Source of the DNA: a virus
DNA length: 64,000 nucleotides
Strand: one strand, 5' to 3'
Virus record (IMG/VR): IMGVR_UViG_3300028558_000001
Location: 96,001-160,000 of that record
Both the position numbers and the translations under genes were made by a program. The notes beneath the pieces were generated by a model. That model did not search any database. It worked only from the letters and a program-made list of their open reading frames with translations, and was not told the DNA's origin. Shown here piece after piece: positions 8,912 to 18,728 of the stretch (within the stretch, counting starts at the first letter, position 1; every line of letters starts with the position of its first letter).

Positions 8912-9982
8912 ATGGCGAAGAATAAAAAGAATGCATCTGATTTAGCAGTTATTAATAAAAAATATTTCGGCTCTGAGCCTGTTAGTTTTGATTACTCTTA
9001 TGATGCAATGATGGGCGCATATACCTTTTATAATTATATGTGTGACCTTTCTGATGCTAGAGAATACTTAGTTAAATATCTTCTTGATAATCATCGCAGG
9101 GATGAAGCTAAATCAATCAATAGTCTCAAGGAATGCTGGATTCCGACCACGGCGGCATGGATCGCCCGCGTTATCTCCAATGGTAATGACGTTCCAGATA
9201 CTTCAATTGATTTTATGAATCGTAAAATCAAAGAAGCACTTTCTCATAAAATCGAAGATGAAGATAATCCCAAACCATCTGTACAATCATTTATCTCTGA
9301 TAAGAGCAATGATGTAATTGCTAATATCGAAGATATTATTGATTCTGGATATGACTCCTCATTTTCATATTATAACTATTTCAAGACTCATGAATTATCT
9401 GCCAATATCCTACGAAAAGTCAAGGACTATTATCTTCCCCTCCTAAATGAATATGAGAGCATTTCCGTTGACAGGGATTTGAAGGAAGGCTATCGGTTCC
9501 TTACGAAGAAGGACATTGCGATTCGAGTCGATTATCTCAAGAAGATGTTTTCTGATATTGATACCATTATCAATAACAAGAAGCAGATGCGTAAAAAGCC
9601 AGTACGTACTAAGACAGTCAAGAGTAAGAAAATAAACTTACTTGACTTCCAGTACATGAAGGAAGACGTAGGTAACAAATTAGTATCAGTTGATCCTAGT
9701 AAACTCATTGACAAGCGCGAAGTTTGGTTATATAATACAAAGTATAATGCATTGTCTGTCCTTTATTCTGATGAAGGTTTCTCTATCAAGGGAACTACAA
9801 TTCATAATATTACTGACAAGTCCGTGAGTAAAAAAATCGGAGCTTCGAAAACAAAGGTGTTGACTCGGGTCATGACAGACACTAAGGTACAGCTAAGGAA
9901 GTTGATGGGCGACATTAAGAGTGCCGCTCAAGAGGCAACGGGGCGTACAAATGAAAACGTTTTGATATTAAGAGTGTTTTGA
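8912..9982 (+). CDS. conserved T4-like hypothetical protein
   Basis: 356 aa; C-terminal LVSVDPSKL...WLYNTKY...FSIKGTTI...TGRTNENVLILRV pattern. Confidence 0.7.
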   Translation: MAKNKKNASDLAVINKKYFGSEPVSFDYSYDAMMGAYTFYNYMCDLSDAREYLVKYLLDNHRRDEAKSINSLKECWIPTTAAWIARVISNGNDVPDTSIDFMNRKIKEALSHKIEDEDNPKPSVQSFISDKSNDVIANIEDIIDSGYDSSFSYYNYFKTHELSANILRKVKDYYLPLLNEYESISVDRDLKEGYRFLTKKDIAIRVDYLKKMFSDIDTIINNKKQMRKKPVRTKTVKSKKINLLDFQYMKEDVGNKLVSVDPSKLIDKREVWLYNTKYNALSVLYSDEGFSIKGTTIHNITDKSVSKKIGASKTKVLTRVMTDTKVQLRKLMGDIKSAAQEATGRTNENVLILRVF

Positions 9983-9986
9983 ATAT

Positions 9987-10060
9987 GCGGGTATGGTATA
10001 TAGATTGTGCCTTGGGTTTCCAACCCAATGAAGGGGGTTTGAGTCCCTCTACCCGCTCCA
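9987..10060 (+). tRNA. tRNA-Gly(TCC)
   Basis: cloverleaf, loop TTTCCAA, encoded CCA. Confidence 0.85.
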
Positions 10061-10069
10061 ATTTCAATT

Positions 10070-10146
10070 GGTTCCGTAGCTCAGCAGGATAGAGCAACTG
10101 ACTTCTAATCAGTAGGTCGTAGGTTCGAGTCCTACCGGGATCGCCA
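10070..10146 (+). tRNA. tRNA-Arg(TCT)
   Basis: cloverleaf, loop CTTCTAA, CCA. Confidence 0.93.
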
Positions 10147-10154
10147 TTTAACAT

Positions 10155-10232
10155 GGACACTTAGCTCAGTTGGTTTAGAGCAACGGACTTTTAATCCGTG
10201 GGTCGAGGGTTCGAATCCCTCAGTGTCTACCA
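10155..10232 (+). tRNA. tRNA-Lys(TTT)
   Basis: cloverleaf, loop CTTTTAA, CCA. Confidence 0.93.
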
Positions 10233-10419
10233 TTTATGAAAGGAACTCATCATGTTTGGTTTGCTTTGTGAAGGATCAAATAGAGTAACCTGTGAACCTT
10301 GTACTTCTAACGATAAACTATCAATTGTCTATATGGATAGTTTTGGAGAAAGTATTGAAAAGATTTTTTGTGAACATTGTAAGGAACTAATAATTCCTAA
10401 AGAAAGTGGAGCGTGGTAA

Positions 10420-10749
10420 ATGGGACATTATGATGATTGTCGGGAAGCATATGCAGAAGTGAAAGCTGACGAGGCTAGGGGAACTACTACTTCCTTTCCA
10501 AAGAAAGCACCAGTTGTACCGCCAACGACTAAGAAGCCAAAAGTTATTAAAGATAATAAGTTTATGGTGCTTAGTCATAACCCAAACTATTATAGTTTTG
10601 CTATTGTTAGTAATGAACCAGTGGAATATGAAAAGGCACTTGATGTAGCTAGAGAATCTGCATCTAAAAATATTGGTTATGAATACATTGTTGTTGAATT
10701 TAAGTCTCTTGTTAAGCCTTTTATTAAAACAGATGTAGTAGAATTTTAA
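10420..10749 (+). CDS. hypothetical protein
   Basis: 109 aa ORF with GGAG SD. Confidence 0.65.
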   Translation: MGHYDDCREAYAEVKADEARGTTTSFPKKAPVVPPTTKKPKVIKDNKFMVLSHNPNYYSFAIVSNEPVEYEKALDVARESASKNIGYEYIVVEFKSLVKPFIKTDVVEF

Positions 10750-10870
10750 GAACATCTTGGTAAGATAAGTAAACGGAGGATGGGAAATGGGTATGTGGAT
10801 AGCAATCCCTGATACCCCACCGGCCAAGACTAGGGGGAGAGTGAAGCTGGCTCTCCCCCGGCGCTATTAT

Positions 10871-10946
10871 CGTCTTGTAGCTCAATTGGTTAGAGCAAGC
10901 ACCTTATAAGTGTTCGATCTGGGTTCAATTCCCGGCAGGACAACCA
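10871..10946 (+). tRNA. tRNA-Ile(TAT)
   Basis: AGCAC-CTTATAA-GTGTT anticodon arm, CCA. Confidence 0.85.
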
Positions 10947-10955
10947 ATATTTAAC

Positions 10956-11031
10956 GGGAGTGTAGCTCAATTGGTAGAGCCGGTCGCTCATAACGGCCTC
11001 GTTGTAGGTTCAAGTCCTGCCACTCCCACCA
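10956..11031 (+). tRNA. tRNA with CAT anticodon (Met or Ile2)
   Basis: loop CTCATAA, CCA. Confidence 0.9.
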
Positions 11032-11055
11032 TAAATATCCATACAAGGAGTATGT

Positions 11056-11508
11056 ATGGATATTTATATTACCGGAAAATCCCCCAAGATTACTAAACCA
11101 GAGATAAAGAAAGCAGTACGATTCTATGGATCGAAATTGCTCCGCTCTGATACTTATGATAAAATATACTTGGAAATCGCCTTGACCTCTCAGACAGATG
11201 GTTTTTATGGCTTTTGTGAGTGGATCGGAACTAATTACCGTCCCAAAGATTTTCTCATAACTCTTAACAATAGATTATGCAGAAAAACAACTCTCCAAAA
11301 TCTAGCACATGAAATGGTTCATCTTAGGCAGTATGCCACTAATCAACTATTTGATTATATGAATAATGATAATGTTAGATGGAAGAAATCATTATATGAT
11401 CAGGACGAAGTTAAATACATGGATCGTCCTTGGGAAATACAAGCTTATGAACTAGAAGATATATTATATGAACAATATGTAAAGGAATTTGATGACAACA
11501 TTACTTAA
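11056..11508 (+). CDS. zincin metallopeptidase-like protein
   Basis: LAHEMVHLRQ and PWEIQAY. Confidence 0.8.
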   Translation: MDIYITGKSPKITKPEIKKAVRFYGSKLLRSDTYDKIYLEIALTSQTDGFYGFCEWIGTNYRPKDFLITLNNRLCRKTTLQNLAHEMVHLRQYATNQLFDYMNNDNVRWKKSLYDQDEVKYMDRPWEIQAYELEDILYEQYVKEFDDNIT

Positions 11509-11734
11509 ACAGATAGAAATTAATACTCTAGCATTTGAAGATGATATTGAACGATTGGTTTCTAAAAAGAAGATGACTTATCTGGAAGCAGTTATTCATT
11601 GGACCGAATCAAAGGGGATTGAAGTTGAATACGCTGCAACCCTCATTAAAAAGGACAATGTAATGAAGTCCAAACTTAAGGCCGAAGCGGAAGACCTTAA
11701 TTATATCCATCGCGGAGCCACCTTACCGATTTGA
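11489..11734 (+). CDS. 33: late transcription co-activator gp33
   Basis: FEDDIE...YLEAVIH...KSKLKAEAEDLN...LPI; synteny with 59 and 32. Confidence 0.85.
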   Translation: MMTTLLKQIEINTLAFEDDIERLVSKKKMTYLEAVIHWTESKGIEVEYAATLIKKDNVMKSKLKAEAEDLNYIHRGATLPI

Positions 11735-11740
11735 GTTTAT

Positions 11741-12313
11741 ATGTCAGCACTAACCGTATACTCCGACTACCTAGCTTTAAAAAGACATTTCTCGGATGAG
11801 AAATTTGATTACTTCAAATACGCTAGATTACCTGTCACAGTTGACAGCCTAGAGAAGCGTAAAGATAAGTACTACTTTTTAAAACTCTCTAAAGATAGAG
11901 AGTATAAACACTTCCTAATTGCTAACTTTGTAAAAGATAAAGACTTCTGGATTGGCGATATGTCAAGTCAGGATCGGATTATTACGTTCCAAGAATGGAA
12001 TAAGAAAATCCAATCTCTATCGTATACATTTAGGAATGAGTTGGGAAACCTTGACGAAGACTTCAATTCGAACTTCGTAATCAAGAATAACCAACACCCC
12101 AACGTAGTAAAGTTGTACCTAAAACGAAAGATTTCTCTTGAAACCTTAGTAATACTGGTTGACATTACTAACACGTTCAACTATAATATGCGTAAGTTGG
12201 ATGATGTGATCTGGAAGGATGTTGCTTTCAAGATCAAGAAATATTATCCATTCTTATCTCGTTATTATGCTAAAGAAAAATTAAAGGAAGAAGTTAAAAA
12301 ATATTTCGATTAA
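11741..12313 (+). CDS. 59: helicase loader gp59
   Basis: YLALKRHF..FDYFKY, KRKDKYYF, ISLETLVIL. Confidence 0.9.
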   Translation: MSALTVYSDYLALKRHFSDEKFDYFKYARLPVTVDSLEKRKDKYYFLKLSKDREYKHFLIANFVKDKDFWIGDMSSQDRIITFQEWNKKIQSLSYTFRNELGNLDEDFNSNFVIKNNQHPNVVKLYLKRKISLETLVILVDITNTFNYNMRKLDDVIWKDVAFKIKKYYPFLSRYYAKEKLKEEVKKYFD

Positions 12314-12416
12314 TTTTTCTTATATGGTGTGTGAAAACAATAAATAATGATGAAGCTTTGGCTTCTATACAAACATACAGAATATAAACACACAAACATA
12401 TAGGATATACAAACAT

Positions 12417-13337
12417 ATGGTAAATTTTGCCCAATTAAAGAAGAACCGTCAGGCTAATTTCGATAAGCTAGTACAAGAGACGGAAAAGTTAGACTCCAAA
12501 CAATTCACCAAAGATGAACGTTTCTGGCAACCAACTGTAGATAAGTCTGGTTCTGGTTATGCTGTTTTCCGCTTTCTACCAGAATATGGTGAGGAAGATA
12601 CTCCATACGTCCGCGTATTCGAGCATGGCTTTAAGGGTCCAACGGGTCAGTGGTATATTGAGAATTCACTAACAACTCTAGGTAAGCCTGATCCACTATC
12701 AGAACTAAACTCTAAGTTATGGAATTCTACTGAGGATGACAACCATCCAAACCGTAAGCAAGCCCGCGATCAAAAGCGTAAGCTAACTTTTATCTCAAAC
12801 ATTTACATGATTTCTGATCCTGCAAATCCTGAGAATAACGGTAAGGTCTTCTTATATAAGTATGGTAAGAAAATCTTTGACAAGCTAAAGGCTAAGATGC
12901 AGCCTGAGTTTGCGGATGAAGTAAAGATCAATCCTTTCGATCTTTGGGATGGCGCTACGTTCCGTCTAAAGATTTCTAAGGTAGCCGGTTATCGTAACTA
13001 CGATAAGTCAGACTTCGATGCAGCCGCACCACTATTTGCGGATGATAAGAAGTTAGAGGAAGTCTATAACAAGATGTATCCTCTAGCTCCATTCATTGAT
13101 CCTTCAAACTTCAAGGATTACAATACTCTCAAGGCACGTCTAGACGTTGTTCTAGGTGCAACTTCTGGTAAGTCATCTGTTGCTTCAACATTTGACGAAG
13201 AGGATGATGAGACAATTCCTTTCGAAACAACTTCCAGAAATCGGAAGACCGAAGCGAAGTCTCATAAGACAAGAGATATTGCTGAGACTGATATTGAAGA
13301 TGACGATGCTTTCATGGCAAGTCTTCTTGCAGATTAA
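12417..13337 (+). CDS. 32: single-stranded DNA-binding protein gp32
   Basis: DERFWQP, GYAVFRFLP, WYIENSLTTLG, YGKKIFDK, acidic tail. Confidence 0.97.
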   Translation: MVNFAQLKKNRQANFDKLVQETEKLDSKQFTKDERFWQPTVDKSGSGYAVFRFLPEYGEEDTPYVRVFEHGFKGPTGQWYIENSLTTLGKPDPLSELNSKLWNSTEDDNHPNRKQARDQKRKLTFISNIYMISDPANPENNGKVFLYKYGKKIFDKLKAKMQPEFADEVKINPFDLWDGATFRLKISKVAGYRNYDKSDFDAAAPLFADDKKLEEVYNKMYPLAPFIDPSNFKDYNTLKARLDVVLGATSGKSSVASTFDEEDDETIPFETTSRNRKTEAKSHKTRDIAETDIEDDDAFMASLLAD

Positions 13338-13345
13338 GTAAATTA

Positions 13346-13370
13346 AAGGAGGGGAAATTTCCCCTCCTTT
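13346..13370 (+). terminator. Rho-independent terminator after gene 32
   Basis: AAGGAGGGG-aaattt-CCCCTCCTT followed by T-rich tract. Confidence 0.75.
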
Positions 13371-13386
13371 ATCTTATTATGAGTAC

Positions 13387-13415
13387 TTGACAGGTACGTT
13401 GAGTGCGTGTACTGT
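13387..13415 (+). promoter_or_regulatory. sigma70-like early promoter
   Basis: TTGACA-17 nt-TACTGT upstream of ORF 13456. Confidence 0.55.
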
Positions 13416-13455
13416 GATTGATACAGTGATTAATTCTAATTAATGGAGGTTTGTT

Positions 13456-13815
13456 ATGTTTAAAAAGTTTATGACTGCCGTGGCCGTATTTGGTTTGATG
13501 GCAATTACGAGTCCTGCCTTTGCAGAAGCAGCAGCAAAAACAAGTGAATGCACTGATCCAAAAAACTTTTCAGCCATGTTGGGTAGTAGTGGCTTCAAAC
13601 CTCTTATCATTGCAATGGACGTTGATAAGAATATGAACCAATTTGAGGTTCTAGTTAATAGTGAAACAAATGAAGTAATCGTTATCAATTATAATGTCAA
13701 TAAGCATGATGATCCCATCAGTAAAGTTTGTTTTACTGTATATGGGAATCATGTACATGTTGATAATGATGGACTTGCTTCCGTATACGACAAATACATG
13801 CCAACTCCTAAGTAA
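13456..13815 (+). CDS. exported hypothetical protein
   Basis: Sec signal peptide ending AFA; GGAGG SD. Confidence 0.75.
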   Translation: MFKKFMTAVAVFGLMAITSPAFAEAAAKTSECTDPKNFSAMLGSSGFKPLIIAMDVDKNMNQFEVLVNSETNEVIVINYNVNKHDDPISKVCFTVYGNHVHVDNDGLASVYDKYMPTPK

Positions 13816-16566
13816 TTAGGCAAAGCTTCCATAACCAGCGAACAACTTCTTTAGATGAGCGTCAGCGGGGGCAACTTCTGCGGTCTTTTCCTTTTTAGGA
13901 GTTGTTGTATCACTCTTGCTACTTCCAGTAGAAGTTTGGACACTAACCGATGAAGATGATGGAGTAGTTTTTGCTACTTCATTATCTGTAGATATATCGT
14001 CTAATTGTTTACCAGTAGATGGGTCTTGATCTAAAATAGTATTTTTAAATGTATTCTGATTATCAGCATTTAATGGGTCTATTCTAGATGCGTCTCTAAT
14101 ATCAGAATTCATTCTTCCACCAGAATCCCTCAACATTTCACCAACGCTTTTTCTCATTGGTGTTGGAGCGCCAATACTATTACCAAAAGTGTTCTGGTTA
14201 TCAGCACTAGTTAAATCATTATCAGTTGGAGTAATATTATATGGAGGTTTATATTCTACTTGTGAAGGAAGCGGAGTAGCTTCTTCTTCATTTAGTTGAC
14301 TTGGTGGACTTGGATTTGGATTTATACTAGTAGGTATATCTCTTTGACTCCAAGAAATAACTCGGTCCCTTACTTCCTCTGGAACTTTATTAAATTGACT
14401 TGGAGTCATTTTTTGAAGTTGTCTTAATGTAGGATCAGTTTTTAATGGCTTTTGTGGTATTGGTGACTTATAGACACGATCATCACCTTTATCAGAATCA
14501 AGAGAAGCTTTATCTGTTTTTACTACTGGTGCAGCATCTTTAGCTGGTGCATCATCTTTTTTAGCTGGAGCAGGTTCTTCTTTAGGTGTTAAATCAATTT
14601 TTCCTGCATCTTCTATTTTCATATTTTTTAAGTTATTATATAACTCTTCGGGATTAGTCCCTTGCTGAGCAGCCGCAGCCGCGACTTTCGCAAAGTACCC
14701 GCCATCATGTTCGCCACGAAATGATTTAATAAATTCTGCATATGATCTAGAATGTTGTGCTAGAGATACTAAGCTTTTCTGTGCTAAACTACCATACATT
14801 TGACGGTCATGTTCAGTTGCGCCTAACTCACCTTTACCACCATAACCCAATACAGGATCATTTGGATTTCTAAGCATTCTCTGACCTTGATCAATTAATT
14901 TATCAAGGTGTACTTTTTCTGCATCTGATAACTTATCATAATTTTGCTTTTTAAAGTTTTCCCAATACCCCTTTGTAATTTGAATTGGACCATATGCTGA
15001 TGATGATCTTCCCCCATTTTGAGAAGGTGTGACCCTTGTTCTGATGAATCTATTTTCATCAGTTATAGCCCCTGCATTTCCAGTCTCGGCTTTCATAATA
15101 GAACGCATCATTGTATCGGCAGGGGAGCTTACGAATGGACTCTTTGTATTAGGGCTACTTCTATTGTCAGGAGTGGCGTCACCACCACTCTGCTTTTCTC
15201 TCATTCTAGCAGAATAAGCATCTGATTCTTTATTAAATGCATCTTCATCATGAACTTTATCGCCCATACCAAATGCCTTTAACATAGAATCAGCATTTTT
15301 ACCGGCATTAACTCCAGTAGTTGCATTGTTAAATGCATTGCCTAACATTGCACCGCCAAGACCAAGCGCCCCGGCAATACCAAGTACAGTAGCTAATTTA
15401 GATTTAAACTCTTGGAATTTAGTTTCTAGATTTTTCTCACTTTTAGAAACCTTAACAGGCTTACCATCTGCCTCAGTAATATTATGTAGAAGTCTTTCAA
15501 CCTTTTCTTCTGTTTCAGCAATACGTTCTAGGAACTTGTTAGTGATCTTAGCTTCTTTAGGAAGTTCTTGTGCTTCTTTATCTAAGTCTTGTTCTTCGAG
15601 CTTATGAACAATATCTCCATTTGGCTTAATATAAAAATTAGCACTATCAGGACGCATACCATTTGTATTACGGAAGCCAGCCGCCGCAGAAAAACCACCA
15701 GATGATGTAGGCTTTCCAGCAAGAAATTGCTCACGCTCTTTCATTACTTCCTGCATTGTTTTATTATTTTCTTCCAAAACTTTTGCTAGTTTTGTATTTT
15801 CAGTTTTTCTAACAGCTTCAATAAGATCATTTGGCTTAGAACGTTTTACTTCTATATCACGATCTTCTTTTTCGTGTTCTACTCTTCTTTTAGTATTTTT
15901 AGCTACTTGCTGTTTTTGAACTAATTTTGCAACATTATATTGATAATCAGCTTCATCACTGGCTTTATTTAATGCAGTTAATTTGTCTCTATAAGCTTTA
16001 GTATTAAAAGCTCCTTTAATGCCTTTATGTTCTCTACGATGCTCAGAGATTTTTAATTTAGCTGATTTTCTATCAACGTCCATTTTCTGAACGGTTTCAT
16101 ATAAGTCAGATGTTTTGATTCTATCAGCAGCAGCTTCTTCACGTCTTTTAGCGTCTAGTGCTTCTCTAGCTTTTCTGTCTTGTTCTGCTTGTGCATCAAC
16201 TACTTTTTTTATTTCAGCATTACTAAGCTTCGAAGCAGCCGTAGCAGCAGCTTCTAGGTCTCTGATTTTTCTATCAAATGCCTTTTCCATAGCATCAATT
16301 TCTGCTTGGAATTTTTTGCGAGCGTTTTCATCGGCTCTCTGAGCCTTTTCATGAAGGTCTCTTAATTGTCTTTGGGCTGTAGCTAATTGATTATTGAGAG
16401 AACCTAAGTGTCTTTTCTGTTGTTCTTGTTCTCTATCTTGACGGTCAGCTTCACGTTTAGCTTTACGAGCATTAGCATCCATTGCTTTATATACATCTGG
16501 AAATGCTCTCTTTACAAGAAAATTAAAAGGATCGAATCCTGAGTTATTATTTTTATTATCACTCAT
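13816..16566 (-). CDS. baseplate hub / tape measure-like protein with lysozyme-like domain
   Basis: long coiled coil; IMKAETG...SSAYGPIQITKGYW; downstream of gp26/gp51; late promoter. Confidence 0.7.
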   Translation of the reverse strand: MSDNKNNNSGFDPFNFLVKRAFPDVYKAMDANARKAKREADRQDREQEQQKRHLGSLNNQLATAQRQLRDLHEKAQRADENARKKFQAEIDAMEKAFDRKIRDLEAAATAASKLSNAEIKKVVDAQAEQDRKAREALDAKRREEAAADRIKTSDLYETVQKMDVDRKSAKLKISEHRREHKGIKGAFNTKAYRDKLTALNKASDEADYQYNVAKLVQKQQVAKNTKRRVEHEKEDRDIEVKRSKPNDLIEAVRKTENTKLAKVLEENNKTMQEVMKEREQFLAGKPTSSGGFSAAAGFRNTNGMRPDSANFYIKPNGDIVHKLEEQDLDKEAQELPKEAKITNKFLERIAETEEKVERLLHNITEADGKPVKVSKSEKNLETKFQEFKSKLATVLGIAGALGLGGAMLGNAFNNATTGVNAGKNADSMLKAFGMGDKVHDEDAFNKESDAYSARMREKQSGGDATPDNRSSPNTKSPFVSSPADTMMRSIMKAETGNAGAITDENRFIRTRVTPSQNGGRSSSAYGPIQITKGYWENFKKQNYDKLSDAEKVHLDKLIDQGQRMLRNPNDPVLGYGGKGELGATEHDRQMYGSLAQKSLVSLAQHSRSYAEFIKSFRGEHDGGYFAKVAAAAAQQGTNPEELYNNLKNMKIEDAGKIDLTPKEEPAPAKKDDAPAKDAAPVVKTDKASLDSDKGDDRVYKSPIPQKPLKTDPTLRQLQKMTPSQFNKVPEEVRDRVISWSQRDIPTSINPNPSPPSQLNEEEATPLPSQVEYKPPYNITPTDNDLTSADNQNTFGNSIGAPTPMRKSVGEMLRDSGGRMNSDIRDASRIDPLNADNQNTFKNTILDQDPSTGKQLDDISTDNEVAKTTPSSSSVSVQTSTGSSKSDTTTPKKEKTAEVAPADAHLKKLFAGYGSFA

Positions 16567-16600
16567 CTATTGGTTGCTTTCTTTCCTTTTAGTTTTCTTT

Positions 16601-16608
16601 TATTTATA
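16601..16608 (-). promoter_or_regulatory. T4 late promoter TATAAATA
   Basis: exact consensus on minus strand upstream of 16566 start. Confidence 0.75.
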
Positions 16609-16785
16609 TTATTTTGCTGCTTTTTTCCGCCTATCTTCTATTTCTCTCATGGTATTGACTACCATCTGTACATTAATGTCTCGTTCAAAGGGGAACCTGT
16701 TTTCCTGTTCCTCTATGTCCCATCCGTGATGTTGTTTCATTGAATATTCAGTAGTATAATAGTTGCTTAGACTATTATAGCTCAT
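16609..16785 (-). CDS. 51: baseplate hub assembly protein gp51 (58 aa, absent from ORF track)
   Basis: MSYNSLSNYYTTEYSMKQHHGWDIEEQENRFPFERDINV matches the NYY...MQHH...E.ENM.P.ER pattern; ATGA overlap with gp26. Confidence 0.75.
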   Translation of the reverse strand: MSYNSLSNYYTTEYSMKQHHGWDIEEQENRFPFERDINVQMVVNTMREIEDRRKKAAK

Positions 16786-17498
16786 AGAAAGTAAAAAAAA
16801 TCCATAAATGTTGTTAATTCAATTTTACGATCAGTGTCTAGTGAATTCTTATACTTAATGACATGTTCAATGTTTGGAAGATTATTTAGGAAGGTCTGAA
16901 TCTTTTCAAATGCCTTGGCATCTAGATTTTCTTCGATCCATGTAACTACTTCTTCCTTTGGATATGAAGAAGGATCATAAACTGTATCGCCTTCATAAAT
17001 TTTATCAATTGTATTGATAATTAATTCAAATAATGATTCATTAACATCAGTTAAGTTAAGAAACTCTTTATCTTCATATAGAGAAGCGGCAGGATATTTT
17101 AGAGTTACAACAATGTCTTTTGTTACCTGAATCTTCTTATCGACGGTCTCAGGAAAATTGACGTGTAACTCGTCTAGAGGAATTTCAAAGTTATAAACTT
17201 TGTCGTCCATATTGTCCTTGAAGGCAGCTTTGATTTTATTGTTTACGGATGCGGCATATAGCTTGAGATAGATATACTCAAGATCGAAAATAGCGATATT
17301 GTCAACGTTAAAGTCAGTATCAATAGCGCAGTTGTTGACGATCTGCTTTACAGCTAATAGAACATCTGACACATTACCGGCAGTCTTGGCAATGAGAAGA
17401 ATCTTCTCTTCCTTAACTAGGAATGGTCTGAACTTTGCTTTCTTTTTTGTTGAGGGAATATCAATATTAAAAATAGGATGTTTAATCTTAGGAAGCAT
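16782..17498 (-). CDS. 26: baseplate hub subunit gp26
   Basis: MLPKI..P...IPST...FRPFLVKEEKILLIA, FDLEYIYL, terminal DFF. Confidence 0.9.
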   Translation of the reverse strand: MLPKIKHPIFNIDIPSTKKKAKFRPFLVKEEKILLIAKTAGNVSDVLLAVKQIVNNCAIDTDFNVDNIAIFDLEYIYLKLYAASVNNKIKAAFKDNMDDKVYNFEIPLDELHVNFPETVDKKIQVTKDIVVTLKYPAASLYEDKEFLNLTDVNESLFELIINTIDKIYEGDTVYDPSSYPKEEVVTWIEENLDAKAFEKIQTFLNNLPNIEHVIKYKNSLDTDRKIELTTFMDFFYFL

Positions 17499-17516
17499 TA
17501 AATAGAAACTCCAATA

Positions 17517-18092
17517 TTATGTTAATTGCAAACTCCAAGTAAAGTAGGAAATGCCTACAGTTACTTTCATTAAATTAGAACCATTTTCCCAACTTAAAGG
17601 TATTTCTTCTAAGTATGTAGGAAACGCCTTATTTAATGTATGGGTCATGACTGGATTTCCCTCATTTTCAAAAGTCTTAATTGTTATACTAGTTGTATAA
17701 TTGTCTTTATATGCTAATTGAAATGAAGGGATTCCTCCATTATTTATAGTAGAAAATTGAATTATATAGTTTAACCACCCATAAAAGAAGTTGTATATTT
17801 CTCCATTGGCGTCTGAAATAAAGGATATTGTACTATCAGTATATGTTATATTATATGGCATCTTCTGTGCTGGACCGATACCATAAATTAGGTTATCTCC
17901 AGTCTGTATTTTTAATCCCGGTAAAGCAGTATCACATGCCCTAAACGTCATTAGCTTAGCTAGATCAGATGATCCCATTGTAGAAATTTTACCTAACGCC
18001 GCATTAACAGGAATGGACACTTCAAATTTGTTATTTTGAAGTGTTCCATAATTTCCTATATTTTGTTTAAATGCGTTAACGTCAAACGCCAT
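17517..18092 (-). CDS. baseplate/tail tube initiator-like protein (gp54/gp48 type)
   Basis: NKFEV, LPG, KMPY, AFPT; start at ATG 18092 (TAATG overlap). Confidence 0.7.
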   Translation of the reverse strand: MAFDVNAFKQNIGNYGTLQNNKFEVSIPVNAALGKISTMGSSDLAKLMTFRACDTALPGLKIQTGDNLIYGIGPAQKMPYNITYTDSTISFISDANGEIYNFFYGWLNYIIQFSTINNGGIPSFQLAYKDNYTTSITIKTFENEGNPVMTHTLNKAFPTYLEEIPLSWENGSNLMKVTVGISYFTWSLQLT

Positions 18093-18544
18093 TAAGGATG
18101 AACTTTCTGTACTAATGTTATAGCGGTATAACCATATTGACCGATCCACATTAATACAGCACCGCCACCAACAGCTAACCAAATATATTTTGTTAGGGAA
18201 TCAAGCTTGCTACCAAGAGAATCAATTTTAGTAGATAATACTTTAATGTCTTCATCTTTCTCGGTTAACTTCTTTTCTACGGTTGCGTAATGATCCTTGA
18301 GCTTATTATCTAGTTCTGTACGGCTTTTATCGAGTGAGTCTCTATAATTATTATTGTTCTGTTCGTGATATGCCAAACGCTGTTCGTGAACTGCTAATAG
18401 ATTAGTTACATTAGATGAAACCTCAGTTAACTTATCTATCGTAATATCCATCTTTTCAACTAGAATAGATATTTGTGCCATGTTTTTTTGAAGCTCCGAT
18501 ACGTCGTCTCGTATTTTTTCTACACGTTCTACTGACACGATCAT
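18092..18544 (-). CDS. coiled-coil protein with C-terminal membrane anchor
   Basis: LAVHEQRL motif, C-terminal hydrophobic helix. Confidence 0.65.
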   Translation of the reverse strand: MIVSVERVEKIRDDVSELQKNMAQISILVEKMDITIDKLTEVSSNVTNLLAVHEQRLAYHEQNNNNYRDSLDKSRTELDNKLKDHYATVEKKLTEKDEDIKVLSTKIDSLGSKLDSLTKYIWLAVGGGAVLMWIGQYGYTAITLVQKVHP

Positions 18545-18728
18545 GCCCCTTTTCTTTTTATGATAGAGTAAAGAGGCTTCTTTTTCTTACGGGTGTCTTT
18601 TCCGGGTTCTGCTTGATTTGGAAGGTTAGGATTATTTACACCAATGCCAGCAACGTTTCCGCCGCCCGCACAATTTGTAGGAGTTCCATCCTCCGCTATT
18701 GTTTTTATTTTTGACATTCCATTTCCCT

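Noticed and set aside
9915-10160. Minus-strand 81-aa ORF; likewise + ORFs 38869-39298 and 42583-42921
   Set aside because: Antisense shadows of tRNA/ncRNA genes
15019-16342. Several short + ORFs within the tape-measure gene, and similar antisense ORFs in gp41, uvsX, gp43, uvsW, gp23
   Set aside because: Antisense frames of real genes, no SD or motifs
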